Of a stretch of DNA of 47,626 nucleotides, positions 47,410-47,626 are shown in pieces. The notes under the pieces were generated by a model. The model had not been told where the DNA came from, did not search any database, and worked only from the letters and a program-made list of their open reading frames with translations. Position 1 is the first letter of the stretch. Every line of letters begins with the position of its first letter. The translations under genes were made by a program, and so were the position numbers. This stretch comes from Chloroflexota bacterium (GTDB taxonomy: Bacteria; Chloroflexota; Dehalococcoidia; UBA2247; JAUWOP01): contig JAUWOP010000004.1 in assembly GCA_030612045.1 (NCBI GenBank), forward strand, positions 1 through 47,626, given 5' to 3'.

Positions 47410-47626
47410 AGTCTCTTCCAATACTTTTAGTGCTCCTGGAAACTTTAGAATAGTATAGTCTCTTCTTATGATTAGCTATTGTAGCGCCGAGGTTTATCCG
47501 GTTATCGTAGCGCCGAGGTTTATCCTCGGCAGGGGTGGGGGACAAGCCCCCACGCTACAATGAAAATTCTAACTGGCTCACGGGGGGGGGTGTTTTCATC
47601 CCCAGCAAAGAATGAGCAAGGTTAGG
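47410..47626. repeat. Dispersed REP/MITE-like element copy 2, inverted relative to 36-303
   Basis: gtagc-gccgagg-tttat-cctcggc and gtgggggacaagcccccac palindromes; runs to the window end. Confidence 0.85.

Overview
A 47.6-kb bacterial chromosomal segment, most consistent with Dehalococcoidia (Chloroflexota). This is inferred from protein style, a tuf-less str operon, paralogous ftsA and a GAAC-N4-GTTC-type SOS box. The left part (1-14.3 kb) holds a zinc-ribbon protein, TauE, tRNA-Arg(CCT), a sirtuin, rlmN, a methanogen-type DUF39/NIL-ferredoxin/UPF0280 sulfide-to-homocysteine trio, an APC permease, etfBA and an ftsA-ftsZ-ftsA triplet. The middle (14.4-35.2 kb) is one contiguous str-S10-spc-alpha-truA-rplM-rpsI superoperon with many non-ATG starts and repeat-invaded spacers. 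After a decayed IS3-family element comes the most unusual part: a ~5.5-kb phage-derived cluster (SPP1-like portal, small Cys-rich ORFs, scaffold-like protein, head-tail-adaptor-like protein with a large nested insertion). It has no visible capsid, terminase or integrase gene, its promoter overlaps a LexA-like box, and it is punctuated by composite hairpin repeats also found in the host core operon. The right end holds CoA-transferase A/B, suhB, trpS and a radical SAM/SPASM gene. Both window ends carry the same REP-like element in inverted orientation. All calls come from reading motifs by eye; no searches were run.
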